The notes under the pieces are model-generated. The model was not told the origin of the DNA, searched no databases, and saw only the letters and a list, made by a program, of their open reading frames with translations. A stretch of DNA of 44,990 nt, from positions 1 to 44,990 of the forward strand of contig DAIDKH010000035.1 of NCBI GenBank assembly GCA_027450145.1, read 5' to 3'. Position numbers and translations under genes: made by a program. Below, piece by piece: positions 18,551-28,995 of the stretch. Every line of letters begins with the position of its first letter. Within the stretch, counting starts at the first letter, position 1. This stretch comes from Chthonomonadaceae bacterium. GTDB taxonomy: Bacteria; Armatimonadota; Chthonomonadetes; Chthonomonadales; Chthonomonadaceae.

Positions 18551-18751
18551 CTCAATATCATAGGATTAGGGGTAACAAACCTATACGAACTTGAACAATC
18601 ATACCTGAAACCGTTGAGTGCACCATGACTATACTGAACTTTGAGGGCTTTGGTTTCATTGGCCCACACAGTGGTGGCACCGTTGCGCAGGTCTGGAATG
18701 CGCAACGGTGCCTTTCGCACTACTCGCTAAAACAACAACAAGCCATTTGCA

Positions 18752-20077
18752 CTAACGAATTTCATTTGCCGCAGTATCGGGCTGCGAAACGCCCACTTCA
18801 ATAATTGTATAGCTTCCGTTGATTAGCCGTAGCGCGTAGTCTACTCGCACTGTCTTTTCAACGTTGTGGCTATCAGCATACCGGTGTTCTCCGCTAAGCA
18901 CAATCACTCCCGGATCCGGCGTCGATATCATCCGCAGGTCAAAGGACAGCGTTGTCATATTGCGCTGAGCATCGTGCGTGATGTCAAGATAGTCGTTGGA
19001 TGTCATAGAGTACTTGTAAACACCTTGCAAATACACGCCGATTCGCACATTGGGCAGAGTATGTAGCGCCAGCGGCGAGATGTTGCTGTTTATCCAGCTA
19101 TCGCAGATGTCATCGATCGCTCGTTGTTGCAGAACACCCGTTGGCAATCCTACCGATCGTGTGAGGTAGTAGTCGTCAGTAGATGGGTAGAGGCTTGCAT
19201 AGGCCAAATATCCTCTTTGTGGCACTGACAACACTAGATCTGCGTTCGAGATATACGGGGGCAGTACACCATAGTAGTAATATGGTGACCAACTGGCATA
19301 GCCGATTGTGAACACATTGACATAGTATGGGTAGTACGCTAGTCCCGTTAAGAACCATGGATAGATCCACGTTGGATACGTCGTGTAAATCAACCTGCTG
19401 TAAACCCCACTGGGGAACCTGTACACATACGTATTATTAAATCTTGTGGGCTTACCGACAAAACGTGTCGGTACGGACTGCACTATGATTCGCCCGCCAT
19501 CCGATGCGCGCCCCACACCCGGTGCACTCCTTGGTGTGACGATGCCAGGAAGGCGAGGAAGAGTGCCACCAGGAATCCTGGGTGTACTTCCGCCAGACGG
19601 CCTGGTTGGGCTGCCACCTGGGCGTTTAGGATCCACTCTACCGGAACCTTGCTGCGCAGACGTTCCGGGGCGACGTGGAAGTGTGGCACCCGGGCGAGAG
19701 GGTGTACCGCCACGTGGTGTTCGCGGTACGTAACCTCCCCCAGGGCGCGATGGCGTACTACCGCCAGGGCGTGATGGCGTACTACCGCCAGGGCGTAATG
19801 GCGTACTACCGCCAGGGCGTGATGGTGTGCTGCCGCGGGGTGTGCGGGGCGTCGTACCGCCCTTCCCGCCGGCTGGCGCTCTTGGTGTAGACGGCCCACC
19901 GCCCTTGTTCGGCGCTCTACTCCCATCCCCTCGCTGTTGGCTCATTGTTCTTACGTTATTGTTATAGCCGCTACCATCCCGCAGTCCTTGCGCGTTCGCA
20001 GCAGCCGTTTCAACCAGCATTAATACAGACAATCCTAAAGCAAATGACTTTAAGCTTAATCGGCAATTTCTGTACAT
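18752..20077 (-). CDS. Secreted protein with cationic Pro/Arg/Gly/Thr-rich repeat linker, Tyr-rich segment and conserved C-terminal domain (paralog B)
   Basis: The ATG at 20077 has a GGGAGGT Shine-Dalgarno and is followed by the signal peptide MYRNCRLSLKSFALGLSVLMLVETAAANA. Repeats of the GSTPSRPGG type follow, then a Tyr-rich block YVYRFPSGVYSRLIYTTYPTWIYPWF...SWSPYYYYG. The C-terminal domain is homologous to the product of 20476..21501. Confidence 0.65.
   Translation of the reverse strand: MYRNCRLSLKSFALGLSVLMLVETAAANAQGLRDGSGYNNNVRTMSQQRGDGSRAPNKGGGPSTPRAPAGGKGGTTPRTPRGSTPSRPGGSTPLRPGGSTPSRPGGSTPSRPGGGYVPRTPRGGTPSRPGATLPRRPGTSAQQGSGRVDPKRPGGSPTRPSGGSTPRIPGGTLPRLPGIVTPRSAPGVGRASDGGRIIVQSVPTRFVGKPTRFNNTYVYRFPSGVYSRLIYTTYPTWIYPWFLTGLAYYPYYVNVFTIGYASWSPYYYYGVLPPYISNADLVLSVPQRGYLAYASLYPSTDDYYLTRSVGLPTGVLQQRAIDDICDSWINSNISPLALHTLPNVRIGVYLQGVYKYSMTSNDYLDITHDAQRNMTTLSFDLRMISTPDPGVIVLSGEHRYADSHNVEKTVRVDYALRLINGSYTIIEVGVSQPDTAANEIR
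19741..19836. repeat. Four tandem copies of a 24-bp in-frame repeat (cagggcgtgatggcgtactaccgc) encoding the Pro/Arg-rich units
   Basis: Near-identical 24-mers lie at 19741, 19765, 19789 and 19813. Confidence 0.7.
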
Positions 20078-20407
20078 GACTTTAACCTCCCACACAACGA
20101 ACGCGCTCAAAGTTGCGCTTGTGTTCGTTGCTCTGCAATTCCCATTCATTACCCTTCCTTACGAGATGCGAATTATGGTAATTCCACGTACGCATTAAGG
20201 CAAAATCATTGCATGTGATAGAAGAGTGGAGTTGAAAAAAGGCAGCATAATTCAACACTATATTTCATGTAGTCAACCGTCGTTCCAATTGTATGAATTA
20301 TTCCAGGCAACCATCCGGCTTGTTACTACGACTAACTGTTTAAGTGCTTTGTAGCTTGGATGCCGTGAGCCGCAACCGAAGACTAAATTGTTGGAGTGAG
20401 ATATGAA

Positions 20408-20452
20408 CACAAATGAAAATGCAATGCCACCACAACGACACGTGTGGCGGCA
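20408..20452 (-). terminator. Candidate rho-independent terminator after paralog A
   Basis: A hairpin TGCCACCAC/GTGTGGCGGCA (one mismatch) is followed on the minus strand by TTGCATTTTCATTTGTGTTC. Confidence 0.35.
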
Positions 20453-20475
20453 TTCCACCTGCAAAGGGGAGACAT

Positions 20476-21501
20476 TTAAGGTATGTTAGTGGAAGTACCG
20501 GGACCCTTTGAAGTGGATACACCTACCTCGGTGATCACATAATTTCGCCCCTGTTCGCGAAGGGCATAGCTCACGATGACCTGATGTTTCACGTTTTTAT
20601 GGTCGAGGTAAATATGCTCTCCTTGCAACACTATGACGCCGCGTGCAGGAGTCGCGACCATATTAAGGTGATAACTAAGGGTTTTTAAGGTTCTCTGTGC
20701 GTCGTGAGTTAAATCGAGGTAATCCCCCGGGGAGATCGAGTATCGGTACTTCCCATCAAGGTAGACCGCAATTCGATCATTACGATTGGTATGTGCAGCC
20801 AACGGCGCCAAATTGTCGGTAAGCCAACAGTCCTCAATATCTCGAACCACCTGTGCCTGAATGTCATTCATGGGCAGCGAGACAGATCGTACGAGGTAGT
20901 AATTGTTTGCCGCAGAATTGACCGATTTGAGCGCTAAAAAGCCGCTGGTAGGTTGGGCAACGTAAATCCCTGTGTTGCTTATGTATTTAGGTGCGCATCC
21001 ATAGTAATAGTATGGTGACCAACTGGTGTCGCCATAGGTATACACGTTGGAATAAAATGGGTAATAGCCCAATCCGTTGCTGTAATACGGATCGATCCAC
21101 CCAGGGTATTGCGTGTAGATGATACGTGAATAAACGCCGTTTGGGTATTTGTACGAGTAACTCTCCGCAGATCTATTAAACCTGTCGGCCGCAGTCATTG
21201 AACCAGGCGCAATCGTAATAGTTCCGCCTGTTGAAGCATCGCCAACCGAACGTCCGCCGCCACCCGATCCTCCCGATCCACCAGATGGAGGAGTGTAGTG
21301 TGGAACACCACGATTACGAGGAGGCGAGTAGGAGGGTTGCGGAGGCGGGTTGTACTGTGGAGGTGGGCTATTATGCGGCGCAGGAGGGTTGTTCCTCGGC
21401 GCTGGGCGTGACCTACTCTGGGCAGCCGAAATACCGGGCGATCCCGCAAGTGCAATGCCCACCATTACCAAAATACTGAGGTCTAACGTAACATTTCGCA
21501 T
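20476..21501 (-). CDS. Secreted Pro-rich / Tyr-rich protein with conserved C-terminal domain (paralog A)
   Basis: A GGAGGTG Shine-Dalgarno precedes the signal peptide MRNVTLDLSILVMVGIALAGSPGISAAQS. A Pro-rich region PAPRNNPPAPHNSPPPQYNPPPQPSYSPP is followed by YKYPNGVYSRIIYTQYPGWIDPYY...SWSPYYYYG. The C-terminal block DYLDLTHDAQRTLKTLSYHLNMVATPARGVIVLQGEH...YVITEVGVS is shared with paralog B. Confidence 0.65.
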   Translation of the reverse strand: MRNVTLDLSILVMVGIALAGSPGISAAQSRSRPAPRNNPPAPHNSPPPQYNPPPQPSYSPPRNRGVPHYTPPSGGSGGSGGGGRSVGDASTGGTITIAPGSMTAADRFNRSAESYSYKYPNGVYSRIIYTQYPGWIDPYYSNGLGYYPFYSNVYTYGDTSWSPYYYYGCAPKYISNTGIYVAQPTSGFLALKSVNSAANNYYLVRSVSLPMNDIQAQVVRDIEDCWLTDNLAPLAAHTNRNDRIAVYLDGKYRYSISPGDYLDLTHDAQRTLKTLSYHLNMVATPARGVIVLQGEHIYLDHKNVKHQVIVSYALREQGRNYVITEVGVSTSKGPGTSTNIP

Positions 21502-21698
21502 CGCTTCACCTCCGTAGCGTCGCTGCAGGCAATTTAACCTATGTGCCGCATTTATACATGTTCGATGTATTCTTAATACACCTTACGCAAGATGCGCGAG
21601 TTGAATTCCGCGTAACAGCTATACGAGACAAAGGTAGGTGCTTATTAACTACTCCGCCAAACCTGCCGCTGCAGATGGACCGGCACTGCGGGGTCTTC

Positions 21699-22067
<369 letters not shown>

Positions 22068-22279
22068 TCAACCACTCGCGAAAATGCCTCAGCACAATAG
22101 TATACCCAAGCCTATTTAGTGGGACGCACCGTATGTATTTCTGGAATGCGCATTAGTGCCTCGGTTTGCCATGCCGACAGGTTTCACGGAATACAATTGT
22201 TGCGCTGTGCGCAAAGAAATGACCCGCGCAGCCGTTACGGCGACGCGGGTCATTTCATCCATTTAGCAACTGTGACGAG

Positions 22280-22621
22280 TTACTCCAGGGCAGTATCGCC
22301 TGTCTCGCCGGTTCTAATCCTGATGACATCGGCTGTTGGTATCAGGAAGATCTTTCCATCACCAATTTCTCCGGTTTGGGCTGCTTTGGCTATCGTATCG
22401 GCGATTGCCCGCGCCTCCGTATCAGTCGCTACAATCTCAAGCTTGATCTTTTGCAAGAGGTTCACCGCGTATTCGGCGCCACGGTAGTGATGCGTTACTC
22501 CCTTCTGCTTGCCCGCACCTCGCACCTCGGAGACGGTCATCCCTTTCACCCCTATCTCCTCCAGTGCCTGCTTCACGTCATCCAGCTTCTGAGGCCGTAT
22601 GAGCGCCTCTACCTTTATCAT
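22280..22621 (-). CDS. glnK: Nitrogen regulatory protein P-II (first copy, immediately downstream of amt)
   Basis: [51 protein letters not shown] matches the P-II family. The ATG at 22621 has a GAGGAG Shine-Dalgarno. Confidence 0.85.
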   Translation of the reverse strand: MIKVEALIRPQKLDDVKQALEEIGVKGMTVSEVRGAGKQKGVTHHYRGAEYAVNLLQKIKLEIVATDTEARAIADTIAKAAQTGEIGDGKIFLIPTADVIRIRTGETGDTALE

Positions 22622-22697
22622 TGCCAACTCCTCTCATTTGGGCCACGGTGTATTTACGCGCGGCCCAATGTTATCAGCGTGTGATCGATCCTATCAA

Positions 22698-24332
22698 CTA
22701 ACCCTGGTGGGCTGGGTGAGCCTCTGAAGCGCCAGATTGAGAGAATGCACTTGGTGTCATTGCACCAGGCATAGCGCCGGGAACAAGTGCATACTCCGGA
22801 TACGCTGGAATACCGTGCTCATGGATATCGAGTCCCTCGATTTCTCCCGCTTTGGATACTCGAAGGAAGCCCATTTTGTGAACGGCGAACATCAGCACAT
22901 ACGCCGCAACAAAAGTTGACAGAGTGATTACAGCGCTACCTATGAACTGAGCCTCCAGAAGGGTCCAACCACCACCGTAGAACAGCCCCTTCAGCGCCGT
23001 ACCAGACATACCGTATGCACCGCTGCCGCTGAACTGGCCGCTAGCAAACAGTCCGAGAGAGAGCGTTCCCCAAATTCCTGCCAGGCAGTGCACTGGAACC
23101 GCGCCAATTGGATCATCAATTCGAAGATATTCAAGCAGGTTAACACCTGCCACGACCACCACACCCGCCACAGCGCCGAGGATGACTGCTCCCGTTGGCG
23201 TTACCCAATAACATGGGCAAGTGATGGCAACCAACCCTGCCAGAAACCCGTTAACCGTAAAGCCAAGGTCCCACTTCTTCGTCTGCGGAAAGGCGTAGAT
23301 CATTGCCATAAGCCCACCGGAGCACGCCGCAAGTGTTGTATTAGCGGATACACGACCGATACCAGCGAAGTCTAGAGCAGAAAGTGTACTCCCTGGGTTA
23401 AAGCCATACCAACCGAACCAAAGGATAAGACCACCCGAACATGCGATTACCAGGTCATGTGGCAGCATAGGTCCACCGCCATCTCGTTTAAACTTGCGGC
23501 CGATGCGCGGTCCTAGAACTAGTGACCCAGCAAGAGCGATGGTACCTCCAATGGTGTGCACAACTGTAGAACCTGCGAAATCATGGAAGCTCTGGCCCAA
23601 ACCTGGCAGGAAATTTCCGGGGCTGCCCATAAGAGCAAGGAACCCGTCCGGTCCCCACGCCCAGTGTCCAATGATGGGATAGATGAAGCCAGAAACACCA
23701 ACGCTGTAGATAAGGTCGCCCACAAACCCCGTGCGTCCTATCATGGCACCAGAGCAAACTGTAGAACAGGTATCTGCAAAGGCAAACTGGAAGATCCAGT
23801 GGGCCAGGAAAGCCACGGAGGTGTCTGTAGTAGATCCAGCAACAGTATAGGAATAGGTTGCAGGTGCATGGTCCAGGAAGAACCAGTGCATACCGATGAA
23901 CCCGTTACCGGTGCTGAACATGAAAGCGTATCCCCATGCCCAGAACAGCAGTCCGCACAGACACGTATCTACCACGCACTCCATAAGAACGTTTACGGTT
24001 TCACGAGATCTGCAAAAGCCAGCTTCCAGCATGGTAAACCCAACCTGCATTGCGAACACCAGGTAGGCTGCAACCAGTACCCAAGTGGTGTTAATTGCAC
24101 TCACAACCTGGGCATTTGACGCGTGTGGTGCTGGATCAGCACTCGCCGCACCACCGGTTAGAAACGAATAGATTGCAAAGATTGCAACCAGGATGGCAAG
24201 TGCCACCGTTTTGCCCAAGAGCAGTGTATAACCATACCGCCGCCATTGTGGATCGGCCAATCGCTGTTTAAGTCGCGCTACTTTTTCTGTTCGGGTAAGC
24301 CGATCGGCACATCTCTGCTTTCTTGAAAACAT
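22698..24332 (-). CDS. amtB: Ammonium transporter (Amt family) with ~60-aa N-terminal extension
   Basis: Eleven to twelve TM helices and Amt signature regions (DFAGSTVVHTIGG, FGWYGFNPGS) are present. Confidence 0.85.
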   Translation of the reverse strand: MFSRKQRCADRLTRTEKVARLKQRLADPQWRRYGYTLLLGKTVALAILVAIFAIYSFLTGGAASADPAPHASNAQVVSAINTTWVLVAAYLVFAMQVGFTMLEAGFCRSRETVNVLMECVVDTCLCGLLFWAWGYAFMFSTGNGFIGMHWFFLDHAPATYSYTVAGSTTDTSVAFLAHWIFQFAFADTCSTVCSGAMIGRTGFVGDLIYSVGVSGFIYPIIGHWAWGPDGFLALMGSPGNFLPGLGQSFHDFAGSTVVHTIGGTIALAGSLVLGPRIGRKFKRDGGGPMLPHDLVIACSGGLILWFGWYGFNPGSTLSALDFAGIGRVSANTTLAACSGGLMAMIYAFPQTKKWDLGFTVNGFLAGLVAITCPCYWVTPTGAVILGAVAGVVVVAGVNLLEYLRIDDPIGAVPVHCLAGIWGTLSLGLFASGQFSGSGAYGMSGTALKGLFYGGGWTLLEAQFIGSAVITLSTFVAAYVLMFAVHKMGFLRVSKAGEIEGLDIHEHGIPAYPEYALVPGAMPGAMTPSAFSQSGASEAHPAHQG

Positions 24333-24381
24333 ATAGGTGTGTCTCCTTCCAATTTTCCTTAATTGGAATAATTTGCGCAGG

Positions 24382-25551
24382 TTAGAATTTCACCACTGCA
24401 CTGGCATAAAAGGTGTCCTGATCTGGACTAGTACCGGAGCCTGCAAGGAAGAACGACTGGTTTGAATGGTCATGCCGGTATTCAAGGCGGGTAATCAAAT
24501 TGCCCTTGAAAAAGTCATATTCGTAATCCAGCGTAAACTCGTCCAGTTTGTTATAACCAGTGGCTCCGGTTCGAAGTCCCACCCCGCCGGCACCGGGTAT
24601 ATCCTCAAATTGCTCAATGCGCGCTGCAATGTCGGACTTAGGATTGAGCTGATATTTCACGTAGGCAGCCATATCCAGCCAGTTGCCGGAAACATGAGCG
24701 GTGCCATTTGTTCCGGCGCCCTGACCGTAGTCTAATTCACCCGCAATCTTGAGGGCAGAAGTAGCCTGGTACGTGGGCAAGAACTCAAACAGGTTGGTTT
24801 TTATGTAGCCTTTGTTAAACGGCACACCGTAAGCGCCCGTGCCTTCACTGCCACCCATATAGCCCAGCACACCGGTGAACTTACTGTTCGGTGTCCAGGT
24901 AAAGTTAACGATGCCACTCTTCGCGTTATTATCGTCCGCTACATCGTTCCAACCATTCACGATTGCACCATAAGCCGTAACTGTGGGTGACAGGGGTACG
25001 CTCCCACGTAGACCAAAGTGGTAGAACGGAATAGCGTACTGAAAGCCAAAACTCCTGGAGTACTCATCGTTGCTGCTGCTTTCAATGACCTCCTGCCCAA
25101 AGGGGGTCACCCATTTGCCGAAATCGAAAGTGACCGGGTATTTGTCGATGTTGACAGTCTTGGTAACGTACAGCTGCTGAAACGTTTGCCAAGAGGATGT
25201 ACCGCCAGGCTCATTTGCCTGCACAATTTTCGCAGTATCGCCAGCCGTCAATGTGGCTGTAATTCCAAACGGTATACCGGCTCCCTCATTTCGATGCAGA
25301 TTCACTTCAAAGAGACTGAGTGTCGGCATACGGTCGTTGATATCGAAGCTGCGTCCTACGTTATCTATTCCCACGGAACCGCCGCCCTGCAGCGCCAACG
25401 TGGATGCAGTGTGCGGAGCCCGGAAGTTGATACCAAAATAGAGATCTGCAAGACCAGAGACCGTAATTGCACCGGGTTTGGGCGCGCTATCTGCTCTGGC
25501 TAGCCCGCCACAGGCGGCGAGCATCAGCGCAGGAGCCAGCGATTTCTTAAG
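24382..25551 (-). CDS. Outer-membrane beta-barrel porin, first gene of the porin-amt-glnK operon
   Basis: A signal peptide KKSLAPALMLAACGGLARA is followed by alternating beta-strand patterns and a C-terminal aromatic residue (VVKF). The start is uncertain. The ORF extends to 25674, but the signal peptide suggests a start near 25551. Confidence 0.55.
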   Translation of the reverse strand, partial: LKKSLAPALMLAACGGLARADSAPKPGAITVSGLADLYFGINFRAPHTASTLALQGGGSVGIDNVGRSFDINDRMPTLSLFEVNLHRNEGAGIPFGITATLTAGDTAKIVQANEPGGTSSWQTFQQLYVTKTVNIDKYPVTFDFGKWVTPFGQEVIESSSNDEYSRSFGFQYAIPFYHFGLRGSVPLSPTVTAYGAIVNGWNDVADDNNAKSGIVNFTWTPNSKFTGVLGYMGGSEGTGAYGVPFNKGYIKTNLFEFLPTYQATSALKIAGELDYGQGAGTNGTAHVSGNWLDMAAYVKYQLNPKSDIAARIEQFEDIPGAGGVGLRTGATGYNKLDEFTLDYEYDFFKGNLITRLEYRHDHSNQSFFLAGSGTSPDQDTFYASAVVKF

Positions 25552-26336
25552 AGTGCGACAGTGACCGAATGTTCTTCGGTGCGACTTTTTCAGGCGGATC
25601 ACAGATAGTTGTCCTCCCTGCGATAGAATCAGGAATTGATGAAAATTTCCAGCGCTATAGCGATCATTAGCCAACGACTAATAGCCAGCATTGCCATACA
25701 ATGAGCATGTACTAATCTATGGACATGCTAAAATGGCAGCGCCAATCATTGGCAAAGATAGAAATAGGTAAAGAATCGGTGGCTCGACAATGTTAGCCGA
25801 ACGGTAACCGACGTGGAGAGCAACATCTGCGTTGCTGGTTTTGCCTTGAAGTAGTAAGGCTGTAGCCTGCGGCGTCAATGCCGCGAAGAAGAAATCACAT
25901 TTAAAGGACCGGTTAGGCTTCAAATCTGATTACAACGAGAGCGGTTCCCGAAGTAATCAATATTATAACAAACGTTTCATTCTATGTCAAGATGCCAGTG
26001 AATATTTGTCACAATCTACCCAATTTACTGCGGCTGTGCCGACTACGCCACCTGAGGCTTTAGATGCAATTTTGCGCATTGAACTATCCATTCCGCTTAA
26101 ATGCTTTGCCCGTCTCCAAACATCTTCGCAACGTGCACCAGACCAACCTACAACGGAGAGTTGACCTGGAAACAACAATGATAGTATGCTTGATCTGGTA
26201 ATGGGTAAATCTGCAGTCAGCTAAATCATGGCGTCTCAACCTCGGTTAGCTGGCCCATAAGCAGACCTATCCTCATCGTCATATTTGTAGTAAATTCGGA
26301 CAAACGGACCGAAGACGGAACGAGGGAGAAACCTTT

Positions 26337-28718
26337 ATGAACTCTGGTGCAGCACCTGGCAGCACACCTCTTAGCACCGAGGAACTGCAATTAATGAACG
26401 CCTGGTGGCGTGCGGCAAACTACCTCTCAGTGGGCCAGATCTATCTTTTCGACAATCCTTTATTGAGGGAGCCCCTACGCGCGGAGCACGTGAAGCCGCG
26501 ATTGTTGGGCCATTGGGGCACAACGCCGGGCCTCAACTTTATCTATGTGCACATGAATCGCATCATCAGAAAGCGGTCAATCAGCGCAATCTACGTAACT
26601 GGGCCGGGCCACGGCGGTCCCGGATTAGTTGCCAATACGTACCTGGAAGGTACCTATAGCGAGCATTATCCAAATATATCGCAAGATGCCGAAGGCATGA
26701 AGCGACTGTTCAAACAGTTCTCGTTCCCCGGCGGCATTCCCAGTCACGTCGCCCCAGAAACACCTGGCTCTATACATGAGGGAGGCGAGTTGGGCTATGC
26801 AATTGCGCACGCGTACGGTGCCGCGTTCGACAATCCTGATCTTTTGGTGTGTTGTGTAATTGGTGACGGCGAAGCGGAGACCGGCCCCCTCGCAGCAAGC
26901 TGGCACTCGAACAAATTTCTTAACCCAGCTCGCGATGGGGCTGTCTTGCCAATTTTACATCTTAACGGATATAAAATCGCTAACCCGACGGTTCTGGCAC
27001 GTATTCCTGAGGACGAGCTTGCCAGCCTGTTACGCGGTTACGGTCACAAGCCTTACTTTGTGAGTGGGAGCGATCCCACAGAGATGCACCACCGAATGGC
27101 TGCCGTTATGGACGAGGTGCTTGACGAGATCACCAATATCCAACGAAAGGCGCGAACTGAAGGGGTTACCCAACGACCGCTGTGGCCAATGATCGTTCTG
27201 CGCTCACCTAAAGGCTGGACCGGCCCCAAAGAGGTTGATGGACTTCCAGAGGAAGGGAGTTTTCGAAGCCATCAAGTTCCCATTGCAGACGTAAGAGCAA
27301 ATCCCGAGCACCTAAAGCTGCTGGAAGACTGGATGCTCTCGTACCGTCCGGAAGAGCTCTTTGACAGCAACGGGACCATTCTGCCAGAAATAGCGGCTAT
27401 CGCACCAAATGGCGATCTTCGTATGGGCGCCAACCCAGTAGCCAATGGCGGTTCTCTATTAAGAGACCTTCGTCTGCCCGACTTTCGAGACTACGGTGTA
27501 ACCGTAGAGCATCCCGCTCAAACTGAGGCTGAGGCCACCAGAGTTCTTGGCAAATTTCTTCGAGATGTAATGAAAGAAAACGAGGGCAGCTGTAATTTTC
27601 GCGTAATGGGGCCGGATGAGACAGCATCCAACCGACTTGCAGATATCTTTCAGGAGACCAATCGCGTTTCCACCGCCGAAATCCTGCCTACGGATGATCA
27701 CCTCTCTAACGATGGGCGCGTAATGGAGGTTTTAAGTGAGCACATGTGCCAAGGTTGGCTTGAAGGTTACCTGCTCACGGGTCGCCATGGCTTTTTTTCG
27801 TGTTATGAGGCTTTTATTCATATCATTGACTCGATGTTTAACCAACATGCCAAATGGCTAAAAACCACGCGGCACATTCCATGGCGCCGCCCCATAGCCT
27901 CATTAAACTACCTTCTTACATCGCATGTGTGGCGACAGGATCACAATGGATTTAGCCATCAGGATCCAGGATTTATTGACCACGTGATTAACAAGAAGGC
28001 TGAAGTGGTGCGGGTCTATCTTCCGCCAGATGCCAACTGCCTGCTATCCGTGGCAGATCACTGCCTGCGCAGCCGTCACTACATCAACGTCGTCGTTGCA
28101 GGTAAGCAACCAGCGCTGCAGTACCTTTCAATGGATGCAGCCGTAGCCCATTGTACAGCTGGTATTGGTATTTGGGACTGGGCGAGCACGGATGTCGGCT
28201 GTGAACCGGACGTTGTGCTGGCCTGCGCGGGCGACGTTCCTACCCTGGAAGCATTGGCCGCCGCAGATATTTTGCGCACAGAATTTCCTGACCTAAAGGT
28301 GCGATTCATCAATGTGGTAGACCTAATGACATTGCAAACAGACAGTGAACATCCGCATGGATTGAGCGACCGGGAATATGACCTGCTCTTTACCAAGGAC
28401 AAACCCGTTATCTTCGCGTTTCATGGCTACCCCTGGCTCATTCATAGACTCACCTATCGGCGCACGGGCCACAGTAACCTGCACGTGCGCGGTTACAAGG
28501 AGGAGGGAACAACCACTACGCCCTTCGATATGGTGGTGATGAACGACCTGGATCGCTTCCACTTAGTGATGGATGTAATCGATAGAACGCCACAATTGGG
28601 CGTGAAAGCCGCACACGTGCGACAGCAAATGCGTGACATGCGCACAGCTCACCGCAATTACATTCGTATCTACGGAGACGATATGCCGCTGGTTAAGAAC
28701 TGGAAGTGGAATCACTAG
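26337..28718 (+). CDS. xfp: Phosphoketolase (xylulose-5-phosphate/fructose-6-phosphate phosphoketolase)
   Basis: The ~790-aa ThDP enzyme carries [15 protein letters not shown] and [17 protein letters not shown] Shine-Dalgarno precedes the start. Confidence 0.85.
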   Translation: MNSGAAPGSTPLSTEELQLMNAWWRAANYLSVGQIYLFDNPLLREPLRAEHVKPRLLGHWGTTPGLNFIYVHMNRIIRKRSISAIYVTGPGHGGPGLVANTYLEGTYSEHYPNISQDAEGMKRLFKQFSFPGGIPSHVAPETPGSIHEGGELGYAIAHAYGAAFDNPDLLVCCVIGDGEAETGPLAASWHSNKFLNPARDGAVLPILHLNGYKIANPTVLARIPEDELASLLRGYGHKPYFVSGSDPTEMHHRMAAVMDEVLDEITNIQRKARTEGVTQRPLWPMIVLRSPKGWTGPKEVDGLPEEGSFRSHQVPIADVRANPEHLKLLEDWMLSYRPEELFDSNGTILPEIAAIAPNGDLRMGANPVANGGSLLRDLRLPDFRDYGVTVEHPAQTEAEATRVLGKFLRDVMKENEGSCNFRVMGPDETASNRLADIFQETNRVSTAEILPTDDHLSNDGRVMEVLSEHMCQGWLEGYLLTGRHGFFSCYEAFIHIIDSMFNQHAKWLKTTRHIPWRRPIASLNYLLTSHVWRQDHNGFSHQDPGFIDHVINKKAEVVRVYLPPDANCLLSVADHCLRSRHYINVVVAGKQPALQYLSMDAAVAHCTAGIGIWDWASTDVGCEPDVVLACAGDVPTLEALAAADILRTEFPDLKVRFINVVDLMTLQTDSEHPHGLSDREYDLLFTKDKPVIFAFHGYPWLIHRLTYRRTGHSNLHVRGYKEEGTTTTPFDMVVMNDLDRFHLVMDVIDRTPQLGVKAAHVRQQMRDMRTAHRNYIRIYGDDMPLVKNWKWNH

Positions 28719-28995
28719 GTAGCTGCATTTTTGGCCCGATGTCTACTCGTTGTCAACAATAGCATCGGGCCAATCACATCAGCGTCCGCAGGGCAGTTCC
28801 GTTTCGCCGTCATCACCCCAAAACGCCCATCGCCTCGCCGTTCGCTATGCCCCTCTCTTTGTATTGTTATATTGAGCCACAAGCCGAGGTTTGTTGAAAA
28901 GGTATCGTTCATTGGTAACCCTCTTTAACCCAAACTTGTCCGCCGACAATCTGTAGGTGAACGGCAACAAACAGATTTGCCTCCACGACTATTGA

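Noticed and set aside
17926-19836. Tandem direct repeats that might be mistaken for a CRISPR-like array
   Set aside because: The repeats are contiguous with no spacers, in-frame, and lie inside clear coding sequence. They are coding tandem repeats, not CRISPR.
25675-26336. Small ORFs (68 and 63 aa) and a weak hairpin+T-tract (about 25815..25845) in the porin/phosphoketolase divergent intergenic region
   Set aside because: The ORFs have no RBS or domain. The hairpin has only a 6-bp stem. A sigma-54 -24/-12 element was looked for but the spacing (13 nt) does not fit.
28734-28772. Hairpin (9-bp stem, 21-nt loop) just after the phosphoketolase stop
   Set aside because: There is no following U-tract and the loop is long. 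It is at best a weak terminator and is not reported as a feature.
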